Shown here: positions 39,348 through 48,755 of the stretch, one piece after another
How positions within the stretch are numbered: position 1 is the first letter of the stretch
How the letters are laid out: each line of letters opens with the position of its first letter
From: a virus
Lineage: Duplodnaviria > Caudoviricetes
Strand: one strand, 5' to 3'
Length of the DNA stretch: 64,000 nt
Virus record (IMG/VR): IMGVR_UViG_3300037067_004891
Coordinates: 288,001-352,000 of that record
The notes under the pieces: model-generated
What the model was told of the DNA's origin: nothing
The model's input: only the letters and a program-made list of their open reading frames with translations
Databases searched by the model: none
Position numbers and translations under genes: made by a program

Positions 39348-39545
39348 ATGGATGATAAAGATATAAGTGAACTTTTAACATTAATGCTTGGTAGAAACAC
39401 TTTTGATAATTCTATTTCGAGTTTTGAAACTGCTAAATCTTTAGTTTAGTTTAGTGGTAGTTCATTTGTTAATTTAAAACACATCTTACCACAGCATTTA
39501 TTTGAACAAAAAATTTTAAAATTCAAAGATTTCTTCCAATTATAA
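39348..39545 (+). pseudogene. Small ORF interrupted in frame by a 42-nt IS right-end hairpin (39423-39464)
   Basis: Removing the insert gives MDDKDISELL...SISSFVNLKHILPQHLFEQKILKFKDFFQL*. The insert carries a TAG and ends GGTAGTTCA. Confidence 0.55.
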
Positions 39546-39599
39546 ACTTTACCACCATTTTTGAATATATATAATATATTCAAAAAATAAATATGATGG

Positions 39600-40763
39600 A
39601 TGAAGTTTAAATTCAATGCAGATAAATCCAAAATAATTCTCACTGAAGCCACTCAGATAGAAATTCACCAATTAAAAATATGGTTTATTAGATATGCCAA
39701 AGATTATAGGTTTATGACAAAATTTAAACTTGGTGTTTGGGATGGTAAAATTGACAATTATACAGATGGATATTTTCGTTTTGGTTTATGGCATGAAATT
39801 GTAAAAGTTTGTAAACAATATGATTTTAAATTAAAATTTCCTGATAAAAACGATTTTCCTTTCGATAATGATATCACTTATGAAAATGTAGATAAATTCG
39901 CCAAGGAATATTTTGATGGATATAAACAGACAGATGGTACAAATTTTTTGCCTTATGACCATCAAGTGGATTCTGTTTATAGAATGTTAAAATATAAATT
40001 CGGTTGTATTGAAGTTGCTACTGCTGGTGGTAAATCTTTAATATTGGGATTATTTTTGTTTTATTATCTTAAATATATTAATCCAGATGCTAAATTATTA
40101 TTAATAGTTCCAAGTATTTCTTTGGTACAACAATTTAATGATGACTTGGTAGATTATAATTTAGGATATAATAAGGAACAGAAAAAACCTTTTGATTTAA
40201 GGGTTCAAGAATATATGTCAGATAAACCAAGGAAAGTTAGAGAGGGTGAAGAACCAAATGTGTGTATCGGTACATATCAATCTCTTGAAAAATACCCTGA
40301 ACAGTGGTTTAGTCAGTTTGATATAGTAGTATGTGATGAATGTCTACACCCAGATACTTTAATAAAAATGGGTTATGGTAAAAATAAAAAAATAAAAGAT
40401 ATTAATATAGGTGATTTAGTATACACTTTAAATGAAAAAACAAATGTTTATGAAATTAAAGAAGTTGAATATGTTTATAAAAATTTAACTAAAAATGTCG
40501 ATGTTTATGAAATAGAAATGGATAATGGTGAAAAAATTATATTAACTGGTAATCATAAAATATACTTAAAATGTGGTGTTTGGAAAAGAGTGGACGAATT
40601 AAATAATGGAGATGATATAGTTTACTATAATTTATATGAAAATGAAAAAAATAGATGTTGTCCTGTATGCAAATCTAATTATATTTTTGAATTAAAAAAA
40701 CAGAAAGGTCGAAACATACATTATAGATGTTGCAATTGTAAGCATAAATTTAAAACAATTTGA
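39600..40763 (+). CDS. uvsW: UvsW-like SF2 helicase N-half plus split-intein N-fragment
   Basis: WDGKI, ATAGGKS and TYQS motifs; VCDE|CLHPDT (intein block A) and LTGNH (block B). Confidence 0.9.
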   Translation: MKFKFNADKSKIILTEATQIEIHQLKIWFIRYAKDYRFMTKFKLGVWDGKIDNYTDGYFRFGLWHEIVKVCKQYDFKLKFPDKNDFPFDNDITYENVDKFAKEYFDGYKQTDGTNFLPYDHQVDSVYRMLKYKFGCIEVATAGGKSLILGLFLFYYLKYINPDAKLLLIVPSISLVQQFNDDLVDYNLGYNKEQKKPFDLRVQEYMSDKPRKVREGEEPNVCIGTYQSLEKYPEQWFSQFDIVVCDECLHPDTLIKMGYGKNKKIKDINIGDLVYTLNEKTNVYEIKEVEYVYKNLTKNVDVYEIEMDNGEKIILTGNHKIYLKCGVWKRVDELNNGDDIVYYNLYENEKNRCCPVCKSNYIFELKKQKGRNIHYRCCNCKHKFKTI

Positions 40764-41696
40764 ATGAAAATAAAAACAATTAAGAAAATAGAATATGATG
40801 GTGATGTTTTTAATTTAAGAATAAAATCACCAGAAGATACGAATCATAATTATTTTGCTAATAATATTTGCGTTTCTAATTGTCATATGGCAAAAGCACC
40901 CACATTGGATAGTATATTATCAAGAACATTTGGTTCAGCTAAAAGTAGATTAGGTATGAGTGGTACATATCCAGATGAGGATAGTGCAGATTTTATGTCT
41001 ATTACATCATTACTTGGACCGAGCTTATTAACCATTGGTGCAAGAAAATTAATGGAGCAAAAAATCATATCAGAGGTTAAAATAAAAGCTATGATTATTA
41101 ATCATAATGACCCAACATTTGCCGATAATCTGTCTGTGATAAAACGTGCTGGTGATGGTAAGAGAGCATATCTTTTAGAGAAAGAATATGTTCAGAAATC
41201 ACATAAAAGAAAAGAATTTATAAAAAAACTTATTGGAAAATTTAATCAAAATTCATTATTGCTGTTTCATACAATAGAATATGGTAAAGAAGTGTTTGAG
41301 TATATGAGTAATAATGTAACGAATAAAAATTTTTATTATATAGATGGTACAACCCCAGCAGATAAACGCAATGTTATCAAGAAAAACATGGAGATTACTA
41401 CTGGTAAACCACAGATATTAATTGCATCGTTCGGGACACTCTCGATTGGGGTTAATATCAAAGCTATTTGTAACATCGTTTTCTTAGATAGTTTCAAAAG
41501 CGACAAAATGATTAGACAATCGATAGGTAGAGGTTTAAGATTGCACATTTTAAAACAAAAACTTATTGTTTTTGATATAGTCGATATGTTTTCAAAGTCA
41601 TATAAAAATACATTGTATAAACATTATGAAGCCAGACGGGAAACTATTTATAAAAAACAGGATTTTCCTTTTGATGAATTAAAAATAATTTTATAA
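40764..41696 (+). CDS. uvsW: Split-intein C-fragment plus UvsW helicase C-half
   Basis: MKIKTIKK...VFNL...HNYFANNICVSN|CH, then GMSGT, IDG, GVNI and QSIGRGLR. Confidence 0.9.
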   Translation: MKIKTIKKIEYDGDVFNLRIKSPEDTNHNYFANNICVSNCHMAKAPTLDSILSRTFGSAKSRLGMSGTYPDEDSADFMSITSLLGPSLLTIGARKLMEQKIISEVKIKAMIINHNDPTFADNLSVIKRAGDGKRAYLLEKEYVQKSHKRKEFIKKLIGKFNQNSLLLFHTIEYGKEVFEYMSNNVTNKNFYYIDGTTPADKRNVIKKNMEITTGKPQILIASFGTLSIGVNIKAICNIVFLDSFKSDKMIRQSIGRGLRLHILKQKLIVFDIVDMFSKSYKNTLYKHYEARRETIYKKQDFPFDELKIIL

Positions 41697-41697
41697 T

Positions 41698-43548
41698 ATG
41701 ATACTAACTAAGTCTGTAAAAGTTAAAATAAAAAAAGATAATATAGATTATTATAAAAATAAAATTGGTAATGATAATATCAAATGTAAAGATATCGTAG
41801 AAATAAAACCAACATTATTAACTATTGGTAGTGGAAAATTGATATTAGTAGCTTGTGATATATGCGGTTGTGAAAAAGAAATGACATATGGAACATATAT
41901 ACTATCAATTAAAAATGGTGGTTATTATTCATGTTGTAAATGTAAACATAAAAAATTTAAAGAAACTTTTTTAAAAAGATATGGTGTTGAGTCACCGTTA
42001 CAATCAAAAGAAATCATGAATAAACTTGTTAATACTAATATGGAAAGATATGGAGTTAAATATACAGTATTAGATGATAACGTTAAAATTAAAATGAAAG
42101 ATACTAATTTTAAACGTTATGGTAATAATTCATCATTACATGGAATGAATCAAGAAAAAACTGAAAAAATATTTTTAGAAAAATATGGAACAAAATTTCC
42201 ATCTCAAAATGAAGAAGTAAAATTAAAAATTAAAAACACATTTCTGAATAAATATGGTGTTGAGTCACCGTTACAATCAAAAGAAATCATGAATAAACTT
42301 GTTAATACTAATATGGAAAGATATGGAGTTAAAAATGTTGGAGAAAATGAAAACATAAAAAATAAGATAAAGAAAACTATATTAAAACGATATGGTGTTG
42401 AATATTATTTTCAAACGGAAGAATTTAAAGAAAAATATAAGAATTATTATTTAGAAAAATATGGAGTTGAAAATTATTCTATGAGTGAGGATTTCAAGAA
42501 TCAAAGAGAAGAAATAAACACAAAAATAATAGAGTATAAAAAAAATAAACAATTTGAGAAATATCCTAATATAGTTGGAATTGATTATGAAAAAGATGAA
42601 TATACTGTATATTGCGAGGTTTGTAATTCTACATATACTATTTCTACTAATTTATTTTTTAGTAGATTAGGTTATAATTGTTCTACGTGTATAAATTGTA
42701 ATCCTATTACTAATAATGAATCTTTTAAAGAAAAAGAATTATTAGAATTCATTCAAAATAATTATAATGATAGAATAATAATTAATGATAGAAAAATATT
42801 ATCTGGGTTAGAATTAGATATATATCTTCCAGATTTAAACTTAGCTTTTGAATATAATGGATTATATTGGCACAGTGAAGAATTTAAATCAAATAATTAC
42901 CATATAAATAAAACGGATATGTGTGAAACGCAAGGAATAAAACTCATACATATTTATGAAGACGAATGGAATAATAAAAAAGAAATAATTAAATCAAACA
43001 TTCTTGGTCTATTAAATAAAACTTCAGTTAAAATTAATTCAAAAAAATGTGCGATTAAAGAAATAAATTCAAAAACCTCAAAAGATTTCTTAGATATCAA
43101 CCACATACAAGGAGATATAAATTCTGATATTAAACTCGGATTATTTTATAATGATGAATTAGTTTATTTGGTGGTATTTAATTCTAATGTATTAATAAAT
43201 GAATATGAAATATTAAGATTTTGTAGTAAATTGAATACTACTGTAATAGGTGGTGCGAGTAAATTGTTTAAATATTTTGTTGAAAATTACGACCCAAAAT
43301 CTATAATAACTTTTGTTGATAGAAGTTGGTCAAGTGATGATTTATATTTAAATTTGGGTTTTAAATTTATACATAAAACTAAACCAAATTATGATTATGT
43401 GATAAATGGTAAACGAATCGACAAAAATGTTTTTGAAAAACATATATTGATAAAAGAAGGTTTTGATGTCAATAAAAATATGCAAAATAAAAAATATTAT
43501 AGAATATTTGATTCTGGTAGTATAAAATTCATATTTACAAGTCAATAA
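41698..43548 (+). CDS. Homing-endonuclease-like protein (KYGV repeats plus a PD-(D/E)XK-type domain)
   Basis: RYGV repeats; ELDIYLP..LAFEYNGLYWH and IHIYEDEW; FVDRS...DSG C-terminus. Confidence 0.75.
   Translation: MILTKSVKVKIKKDNIDYYKNKIGNDNIKCKDIVEIKPTLLTIGSGKLILVACDICGCEKEMTYGTYILSIKNGGYYSCCKCKHKKFKETFLKRYGVESPLQSKEIMNKLVNTNMERYGVKYTVLDDNVKIKMKDTNFKRYGNNSSLHGMNQEKTEKIFLEKYGTKFPSQNEEVKLKIKNTFLNKYGVESPLQSKEIMNKLVNTNMERYGVKNVGENENIKNKIKKTILKRYGVEYYFQTEEFKEKYKNYYLEKYGVENYSMSEDFKNQREEINTKIIEYKKNKQFEKYPNIVGIDYEKDEYTVYCEVCNSTYTISTNLFFSRLGYNCSTCINCNPITNNESFKEKELLEFIQNNYNDRIIINDRKILSGLELDIYLPDLNLAFEYNGLYWHSEEFKSNNYHINKTDMCETQGIKLIHIYEDEWNNKKEIIKSNILGLLNKTSVKINSKKCAIKEINSKTSKDFLDINHIQGDINSDIKLGLFYNDELVYLVVFNSNVLINEYEILRFCSKLNTTVIGGASKLFKYFVENYDPKSIITFVDRSWSSDDLYLNLGFKFIHKTKPNYDYVINGKRIDKNVFEKHILIKEGFDVNKNMQNKKYYRIFDSGSIKFIFTSQ
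41979..42333 (+). repeat. 82-bp exact direct repeat (41979-42060 and 42252-42333)
   Basis: Both copies encode YGVESPLQSKEIMNKLVNTNMERYGVK. Confidence 0.85.
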
Positions 43549-43553
43549 ATGTT

Positions 43554-43874
43554 ATGAACTATATTGATGATGTATATACCAGATATGTAAAAGAAAAATA
43601 TAATTATTTTTTTTCTATATACAGTAAAAATTGTTCCAAAACTGAATATAAAAAATATTTAGAACAAGATATAAAGGCGTTTGTAATGGTCGATTTAAAA
43701 TTAATCGGTATAAGTTTTAAAGATGTTAAATTTAATTTTAGTGTTACTGTTAAATATGATTATTCTTTGGGATTGTTGATGATATTAGCTGATAATAAAA
43801 CTATAAATTTATTTCATAAAAGAAGAATTGAAATTGAACGATTATCTAAATTAAAGAATATTTTCGATGAATGA
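43554..43874 (+). CDS. Hypothetical protein with a C-terminal RLSKLKNIF motif
   Basis: First of a tandem cluster of similar small ORFs. Confidence 0.6.
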   Translation: MNYIDDVYTRYVKEKYNYFFSIYSKNCSKTEYKKYLEQDIKAFVMVDLKLIGISFKDVKFNFSVTVKYDYSLGLLMILADNKTINLFHKRRIEIERLSKLKNIFDE

Positions 43875-44214
43875 TATTAATTTAATTGATAGCAACAGCA
43901 AATTCATACTTGAGAATATTCAGGATATCATCAAAACTGAGTTATCCGAAGTATTTGATGTTGATCAGAAAAATAAAGTAGATTTCAAAATAACAATAAA
44001 AAAAAGAATTATTGCACTGGTAAAAGAAATGGTAATTGATTTGAATATTGAAAATTTTCGATTTGATATTGAAGTCATTATTTTAGAAAACGGTGATGAT
44101 AAATTATTAAAAATGAGTATAAAACCCACTCATCCATATGCAGAAAAAATATTTAAAGAAAATAATTTTCACATATTATACAGAAGAATTAAAATCAATA
44201 AAATTTTCGAATAA
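43867..44214 (+). CDS. Hypothetical protein with a C-terminal RRIKINKIF motif
   Basis: Overlaps the previous gene (ATGAATGA). Confidence 0.6.
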   Translation: MNDINLIDSNSKFILENIQDIIKTELSEVFDVDQKNKVDFKITIKKRIIALVKEMVIDLNIENFRFDIEVIILENGDDKLLKMSIKPTHPYAEKIFKENNFHILYRRIKINKIFE

Positions 44215-44583
44215 TGACATTTTTTTTTTAATAAAAATATTAATTATTTAACATATGAATTAAACCCCCATATACAAAGAGTTTATAGTTTGCTTTATTA
44301 TAGTGCTGACAATCGAAAGGTTTCTATTAAAAATTATATAATTAAACACATATATTATCTAACTGGTGTATTAGTTAAGAGTTTTGATATAGATATATCA
44401 ATGAATGATAATATATATATATATATATAATTTGCAAATTTACAATATGGATCAAAAACAACTAACATTTTTTATAATTATGATTTCGAAAAGTTGAAAA
44501 AAGTAAAAGAAAGAAAGCTTAAAATAAAAGAAATATTTAATGGGGAATTTGAACACGGAAATACAATATCGGGGATTTTATAA
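44214..44583 (+). pseudogene. Degraded member of the RxxKIxxIF cluster
   Basis: A T10 tract shifts the frame after ATG ACA; an in-frame TAA follows an (AT)n tract at ~44428; the tail reads KERKLKIKEIF. Confidence 0.5.
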
Positions 44584-44893
44584 AAAGAATTCACGTTTTC
44601 TTTTTGATCATTTTTATGAGAGAATAAACAGTTTGGTATTTTCAAATAACACAAAAAGATTAGAAGAGGAAATTAAACGATTTATCGAGCAATTAATTAA
44701 TTTACCTTGTAGTGGTTTGTGCATATGTATATATTTTTCTAATGATATTAAAATTGAAATAATAGAAGCATCAGATATTTTATATAAATACGATTTAGAA
44801 TATTGTTATATGGCAAGATTAAGAAAACAAAAATTAAAACAGATATTTTCCGATGAATGGAATACATGTGAATTGGACGAAACCTCATTTTAA
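44540..44893 (+). CDS. Hypothetical protein with a near-C-terminal RKQKLKQIF motif
   Basis: 117-aa ORF. Confidence 0.6.
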   Translation: MGNLNTEIQYRGFYKKNSRFLFDHFYERINSLVFSNNTKRLEEEIKRFIEQLINLPCSGLCICIYFSNDIKIEIIEASDILYKYDLEYCYMARLRKQKLKQIFSDEWNTCELDETSF

Positions 44894-45836
44894 TAGAGAA
44901 AAAAGAGTGAATGGTACTTTTCTCGTCAATGGTAAACGAGATATTAGACCGTATAAAATATCCAATTATCTTTTATTGTGCCAGATATTATCAATTCTGT
45001 TTTGGAAAAAATATAATGGTGAGATACATTTATATACAGATAGAGAAGGTTTTAATTATTATCAAAAGCTTGGGATACATAAGTTTTATGATTATGTTAA
45101 TATTGATTTGCTGGAAAATTATGAAAATGTTAACCCAGAAGTGTTCTGGGCTGCTGGAAAGTTGCAAGTTCAAGCTCACTTACCATGTCCATTTGTTATG
45201 CTTGATATGGATTTATTCATTGAAATGAATTTAAACGAAGTTAATTATTTCAACTATCCAGTTAGTTCTACACACTTAGAAGACCCTTATGAACCATATT
45301 ATCCATCAATGGATAAAGTGTTGTTTCATACAAATTATGAATTCCCAGATATTTTTAAATGGAATAAACGGGCATTTAATGTATCTCTTTTATATTGGGG
45401 AGATGATAAGATAAAAAAAGATTACCTTGATATAGCATTTGAATATATGGATAATTCTAACCCCAAAAAGGTAGATATTGATGAATATCAAAGTCGGATA
45501 GTTTTTGCAGAACAAAGATTACTGGGCGAATACGTTTTTAGTAACAATATACCGTTTACTACATTGATTAAAGAATCTTACAATCCAAGAGGTGTGAATA
45601 AATATGATGAACAATTATGGTATGATTGTGGTAATGGTGAAAATAAAGATGTAATAAACGAAAAACTTTTACATATTTGGGGTAAAAAAAAGATATTTGA
45701 TGTTAATAATTCAGAAAGAAATTTTATTGAAAAATATTTTTTTGATTTAATAGATATAAATTTTCCTGAATATAAAAATCAAATAACCTCTATCTTTAAT
45801 ATGAATAAAGACAAAGGTTATTATTTTACAAACTAA
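44853..45836 (+). CDS. Glycosyltransferase-like protein (GT-A, DUF6734-like)
   Basis: LYTD, FWAAGKL, MLDMD (DxD), EQRLL and HIWG motifs. Confidence 0.6.
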   Translation: MNGIHVNWTKPHFNREKRVNGTFLVNGKRDIRPYKISNYLLLCQILSILFWKKYNGEIHLYTDREGFNYYQKLGIHKFYDYVNIDLLENYENVNPEVFWAAGKLQVQAHLPCPFVMLDMDLFIEMNLNEVNYFNYPVSSTHLEDPYEPYYPSMDKVLFHTNYEFPDIFKWNKRAFNVSLLYWGDDKIKKDYLDIAFEYMDNSNPKKVDIDEYQSRIVFAEQRLLGEYVFSNNIPFTTLIKESYNPRGVNKYDEQLWYDCGNGENKDVINEKLLHIWGKKKIFDVNNSERNFIEKYFFDLIDINFPEYKNQITSIFNMNKDKGYYFTN

Positions 45837-45842
45837 AATATT

Positions 45843-46325
45843 TTACCAGAGAAATATAAAGTAATAAAAATTTCTCAGTTTATCTTGAAATGTCAAATGT
45901 GTCTGGGTTTTAGTCTCATACATAGAATGAACAAGGCATGGGAAAAGTTCGTCATAAATTGACCGATACATTCTAATAGCTTTTCTATACATGAAATATT
46001 TTAGAATAAAAAATAAGACACCTAAAATCGGTAAGAATAATATGAATATCTTACTTATGATACATAAAAATGTTATTCCAAGTGTTACATAGCCGAGATA
46101 TTCGAAAAGAAAGGAAAATGATAAGTAGATGTGTGTTGATTCCAATGTCATTTGATTCATTCGTTCGATAAAAAGGTTTTGGTCAACTCCCCTATTTATA
46201 AGGTCATTGAAATATTCATACCCTTTAAATTGATTCCAAACGTTTTCTTTGTTTTTTCTGAACACTAAGCCACTGAAAGCATAATCTTCATTTAGGCTAA
46301 ATGTTTTTTGTTGCAAGATATTCAT
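45843..46325 (-). CDS. Membrane protein
   Basis: Two adjacent hydrophobic helices. Confidence 0.6.
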   Translation of the reverse strand: MNILQQKTFSLNEDYAFSGLVFRKNKENVWNQFKGYEYFNDLINRGVDQNLFIERMNQMTLESTHIYLSFSFLFEYLGYVTLGITFLCIISKIFILFLPILGVLFFILKYFMYRKAIRMYRSIYDELFPCLVHSMYETKTQTHLTFQDKLRNFYYFIFLW

Positions 46326-46437
46326 ATATATTATTTTTAGTTTATTATACGTTTTATTTTTTCTTTATGATACAAATAAAACAAATAAACCCGTATAAAA
46401 AAAATCATACGGGTTAAAAATAACATTTAAAATATTT

Positions 46438-46887
46438 TTAATATGAACCAACAGCAGAATGAAGTCCACTTGGGCCTGCTACATTACCAGTTTTAGCGTA
46501 AAGTTTACCCATACGATCTAATCCATAAAATTTCGTTACTTTACTATTCTTTAATGAATCAGAATAAACTTTTATAAAGTTTAAAATAATATCTGGGTTA
46601 CCTTTTGGATTCGCAATAATTTCTTTTTTCTTGGCGATAGCTGCATTACCATTATGTGTACCTGGGTTGGATAAAGAGAAAGAATCCATTATTTTGCTAA
46701 TTAATTTTTTTTGCATTAATGCATCAATGTCAGTTTCTTCTAATTTACCTTTAGCTGCTAAGTTATCGATAAGTTGTTTTTCTTCATTACTCATACCAAT
46801 ACCCATAAACTTTTCATTAGTTTCTGTTGTATTATCAGTATCTAATGAATATTGTTCAAACGTTTTAAGATGTTTTAAGTCTTTCAT
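46438..46887 (-). CDS. Hypothetical protein with a CTS-like N-terminus
   Basis: MKDLKHLKTFEQY; TAATATATA at 46931-46939 (-). Confidence 0.7.
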   Translation of the reverse strand: MKDLKHLKTFEQYSLDTDNTTETNEKFMGIGMSNEEKQLIDNLAAKGKLEETDIDALMQKKLISKIMDSFSLSNPGTHNGNAAIAKKKEIIANPKGNPDIILNFIKVYSDSLKNSKVTKFYGLDRMGKLYAKTGNVAGPSGLHSAVGSY

Positions 46888-47043
46888 TTTTTTATTTATT
46901 AATTTTTTATTTTTTTATTAATTTTTTATTTATATATTAAATATTTTTATTTATATTTTCAATCGATATTATATATTAAAAAATATTAAAAAAATTCTAA
47001 TGGAACTCTATATACAAAATATATAAGAATAAAAATATATATT

Positions 47044-47373
47044 TTGACTACGATATATTTAATTGAATGTATAAATGAATATGATGAACCTTTATATAAA
47101 ATAGGTCACACTAAAAATAATCCTTTAAAAAGATTACAACAGTTACAAACAGGTAATGCTCATAAATTAAAAATGGTTGGTGAGTATTCAACCAGATATG
47201 GTACAAAACTTGAAAAAACATTACATCGACATTTCTCACATTTAAATATTAATAACGAATGGTTTAAATTAACATTCGATGAAGTTGTTGATTTTAAAAA
47301 AACATGTGAAAACATTGAAAGAGGATTTAAAATATTAGAAGAAACAAACAATTATTTTTTTGATAAAATTTGA
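47044..47373 (+). CDS. T5orf172/Mug113 (GIY-YIG-like) nuclease-domain protein
   Basis: IYLI...YKIG.T....RL.QLQTGN...E..LH..F...EWF. Confidence 0.8.
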   Translation: MTTIYLIECINEYDEPLYKIGHTKNNPLKRLQQLQTGNAHKLKMVGEYSTRYGTKLEKTLHRHFSHLNINNEWFKLTFDEVVDFKKTCENIERGFKILEETNNYFFDKI

Positions 47374-47464
47374 ATCTTTTGTTAAAAAAAATCGTTTAGT
47401 CTTTAAAAGTTACTTATTGTTATGTTAATCCAACTTAAATATTCAAAAATAAAAAGAAAAAAAT

Positions 47465-47950
47465 ATGATTATAACAATTAAACCAGAAGATATTATAAAA
47501 AGATGTTTATGGTCAGAATATAAAAGATTTGCGTTAAGAAATATATCAGAAGAAGAAATTGTTGAAATTGTTGAAAAAAATGAACCAACTGTTATTTCCG
47601 AGGATGTCGCTTTTGTTATAGGGTTGTTGAAATGTGTTGAAACGGATAATTTAATTCATAGATTCAATCAATATTTATTGGAAACACTTCAAATGAAAAG
47701 TAATATTTATGAAGATAATCTTTATATAAATAAAAATGTTGTTTCTAAAGATGTTGTGAATTTTAAATATAGATTTCCTGATTCATATAAACCAGAAAAA
47801 AATTATGAAACTGCTATTAAGAATCTTATTGTTTATATTGATATTTTAAAAGCGAAAATAGATAATCTGACAATAAAAATCATTATTAATAATGAAAAAA
47901 CATATGAATGTTTAAGTTCTAACGAAATAAAGAAATTGTTAACTTTATAG
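47465..47950 (+). CDS. Hypothetical protein
   Basis: 161-aa ORF. Confidence 0.65.
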   Translation: MIITIKPEDIIKRCLWSEYKRFALRNISEEEIVEIVEKNEPTVISEDVAFVIGLLKCVETDNLIHRFNQYLLETLQMKSNIYEDNLYINKNVVSKDVVNFKYRFPDSYKPEKNYETAIKNLIVYIDILKAKIDNLTIKIIINNEKTYECLSSNEIKKLLTL

Positions 47951-48751
47951 TTCACCATCTTCATAATAAGGTTTTATAGATATTATTTTAACCTCTGATT
48001 CGGGGAATAATGTTATTTCATTTTCAACCACCCATACACTATTTGTTAACAGTGTACTTTCAAGGTCTATATTAGATTTATCTGTTTCTATCTCATAGAG
48101 GAACATAGGGGAATCATAATCTATACCTATATCTTCTAAGAAGTGGTCGTCAATATACATAGGGTCAATTGTATAATGGTCTCCTAAATCAGATGTATCG
48201 ATTTCATCTATATTTTCAGAAGAAAGAATTCTATATAATGTGATTGGATTTGGTTGTTTTTGTATATAATGAACATGTTTTATTAAATGCTCTAAAATTT
48301 CATCGTATTCAAAAATACTATCACCAGATGTACCAACATATTCTAAAAACATTTCGACATCTTTATCTGTAATATCATTAATGTCAGAATTTTTTATTTT
48401 ATCAACTATTGTGTTGTTATGAAAATCTTCAAAAACTTTAATATATTTTAATTTTTTTTTATAAAATTCTAATATAGTATTTAGTTCAGGTTGTTTATCT
48501 AATATTGTTTTTTTAATATCATCACTTAATTTATATAAATATTTTTTCAACCATTTTACAAGTGTAGGTCTTTCTATTATAATTCTGGCAATATCAACAT
48601 CTAATAATTTATCAAACATATATATGGGCATATTAAAAAATGAAATGGGGTTTTCAATTATTTTATTTGCCAATGTTTTACTATATTTTTGTGGGTTTTT
48701 ATCAAAAATGTGTAAAAATTCATTTAAATTATCATAATTATCTTTACTCAT
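47945..48751 (-). CDS. Hypothetical protein with a C-terminal ART-like domain and an internal CTS-like motif
   Basis: LYR...LG.HYT...ENEITL (ExE); internal KLKYIKVFEDF. Confidence 0.5.
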   Translation of the reverse strand: MSKDNYDNLNEFLHIFDKNPQKYSKTLANKIIENPISFFNMPIYMFDKLLDVDIARIIIERPTLVKWLKKYLYKLSDDIKKTILDKQPELNTILEFYKKKLKYIKVFEDFHNNTIVDKIKNSDINDITDKDVEMFLEYVGTSGDSIFEYDEILEHLIKHVHYIQKQPNPITLYRILSSENIDEIDTSDLGDHYTIDPMYIDDHFLEDIGIDYDSPMFLYEIETDKSNIDLESTLLTNSVWVVENEITLFPESEVKIISIKPYYEDGEL

Positions 48752-48755
48752 ATTA

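Noticed and set aside
40761-40763. Genome-wide TGA (or TAG) recoding
   Set aside because: TGA and TAG end genes normally (e.g. 767, 43874, 47373, 54470), long genes are uninterrupted and Trp is encoded by TGG.
44214-44430. Phase-variable switch via the T10 and (AT)n tracts
   Set aside because: Repairing the T tract still leaves an in-frame TAA, and changing the AT copy number does not cleanly restore the frame. It is more likely decay or an assembly error.
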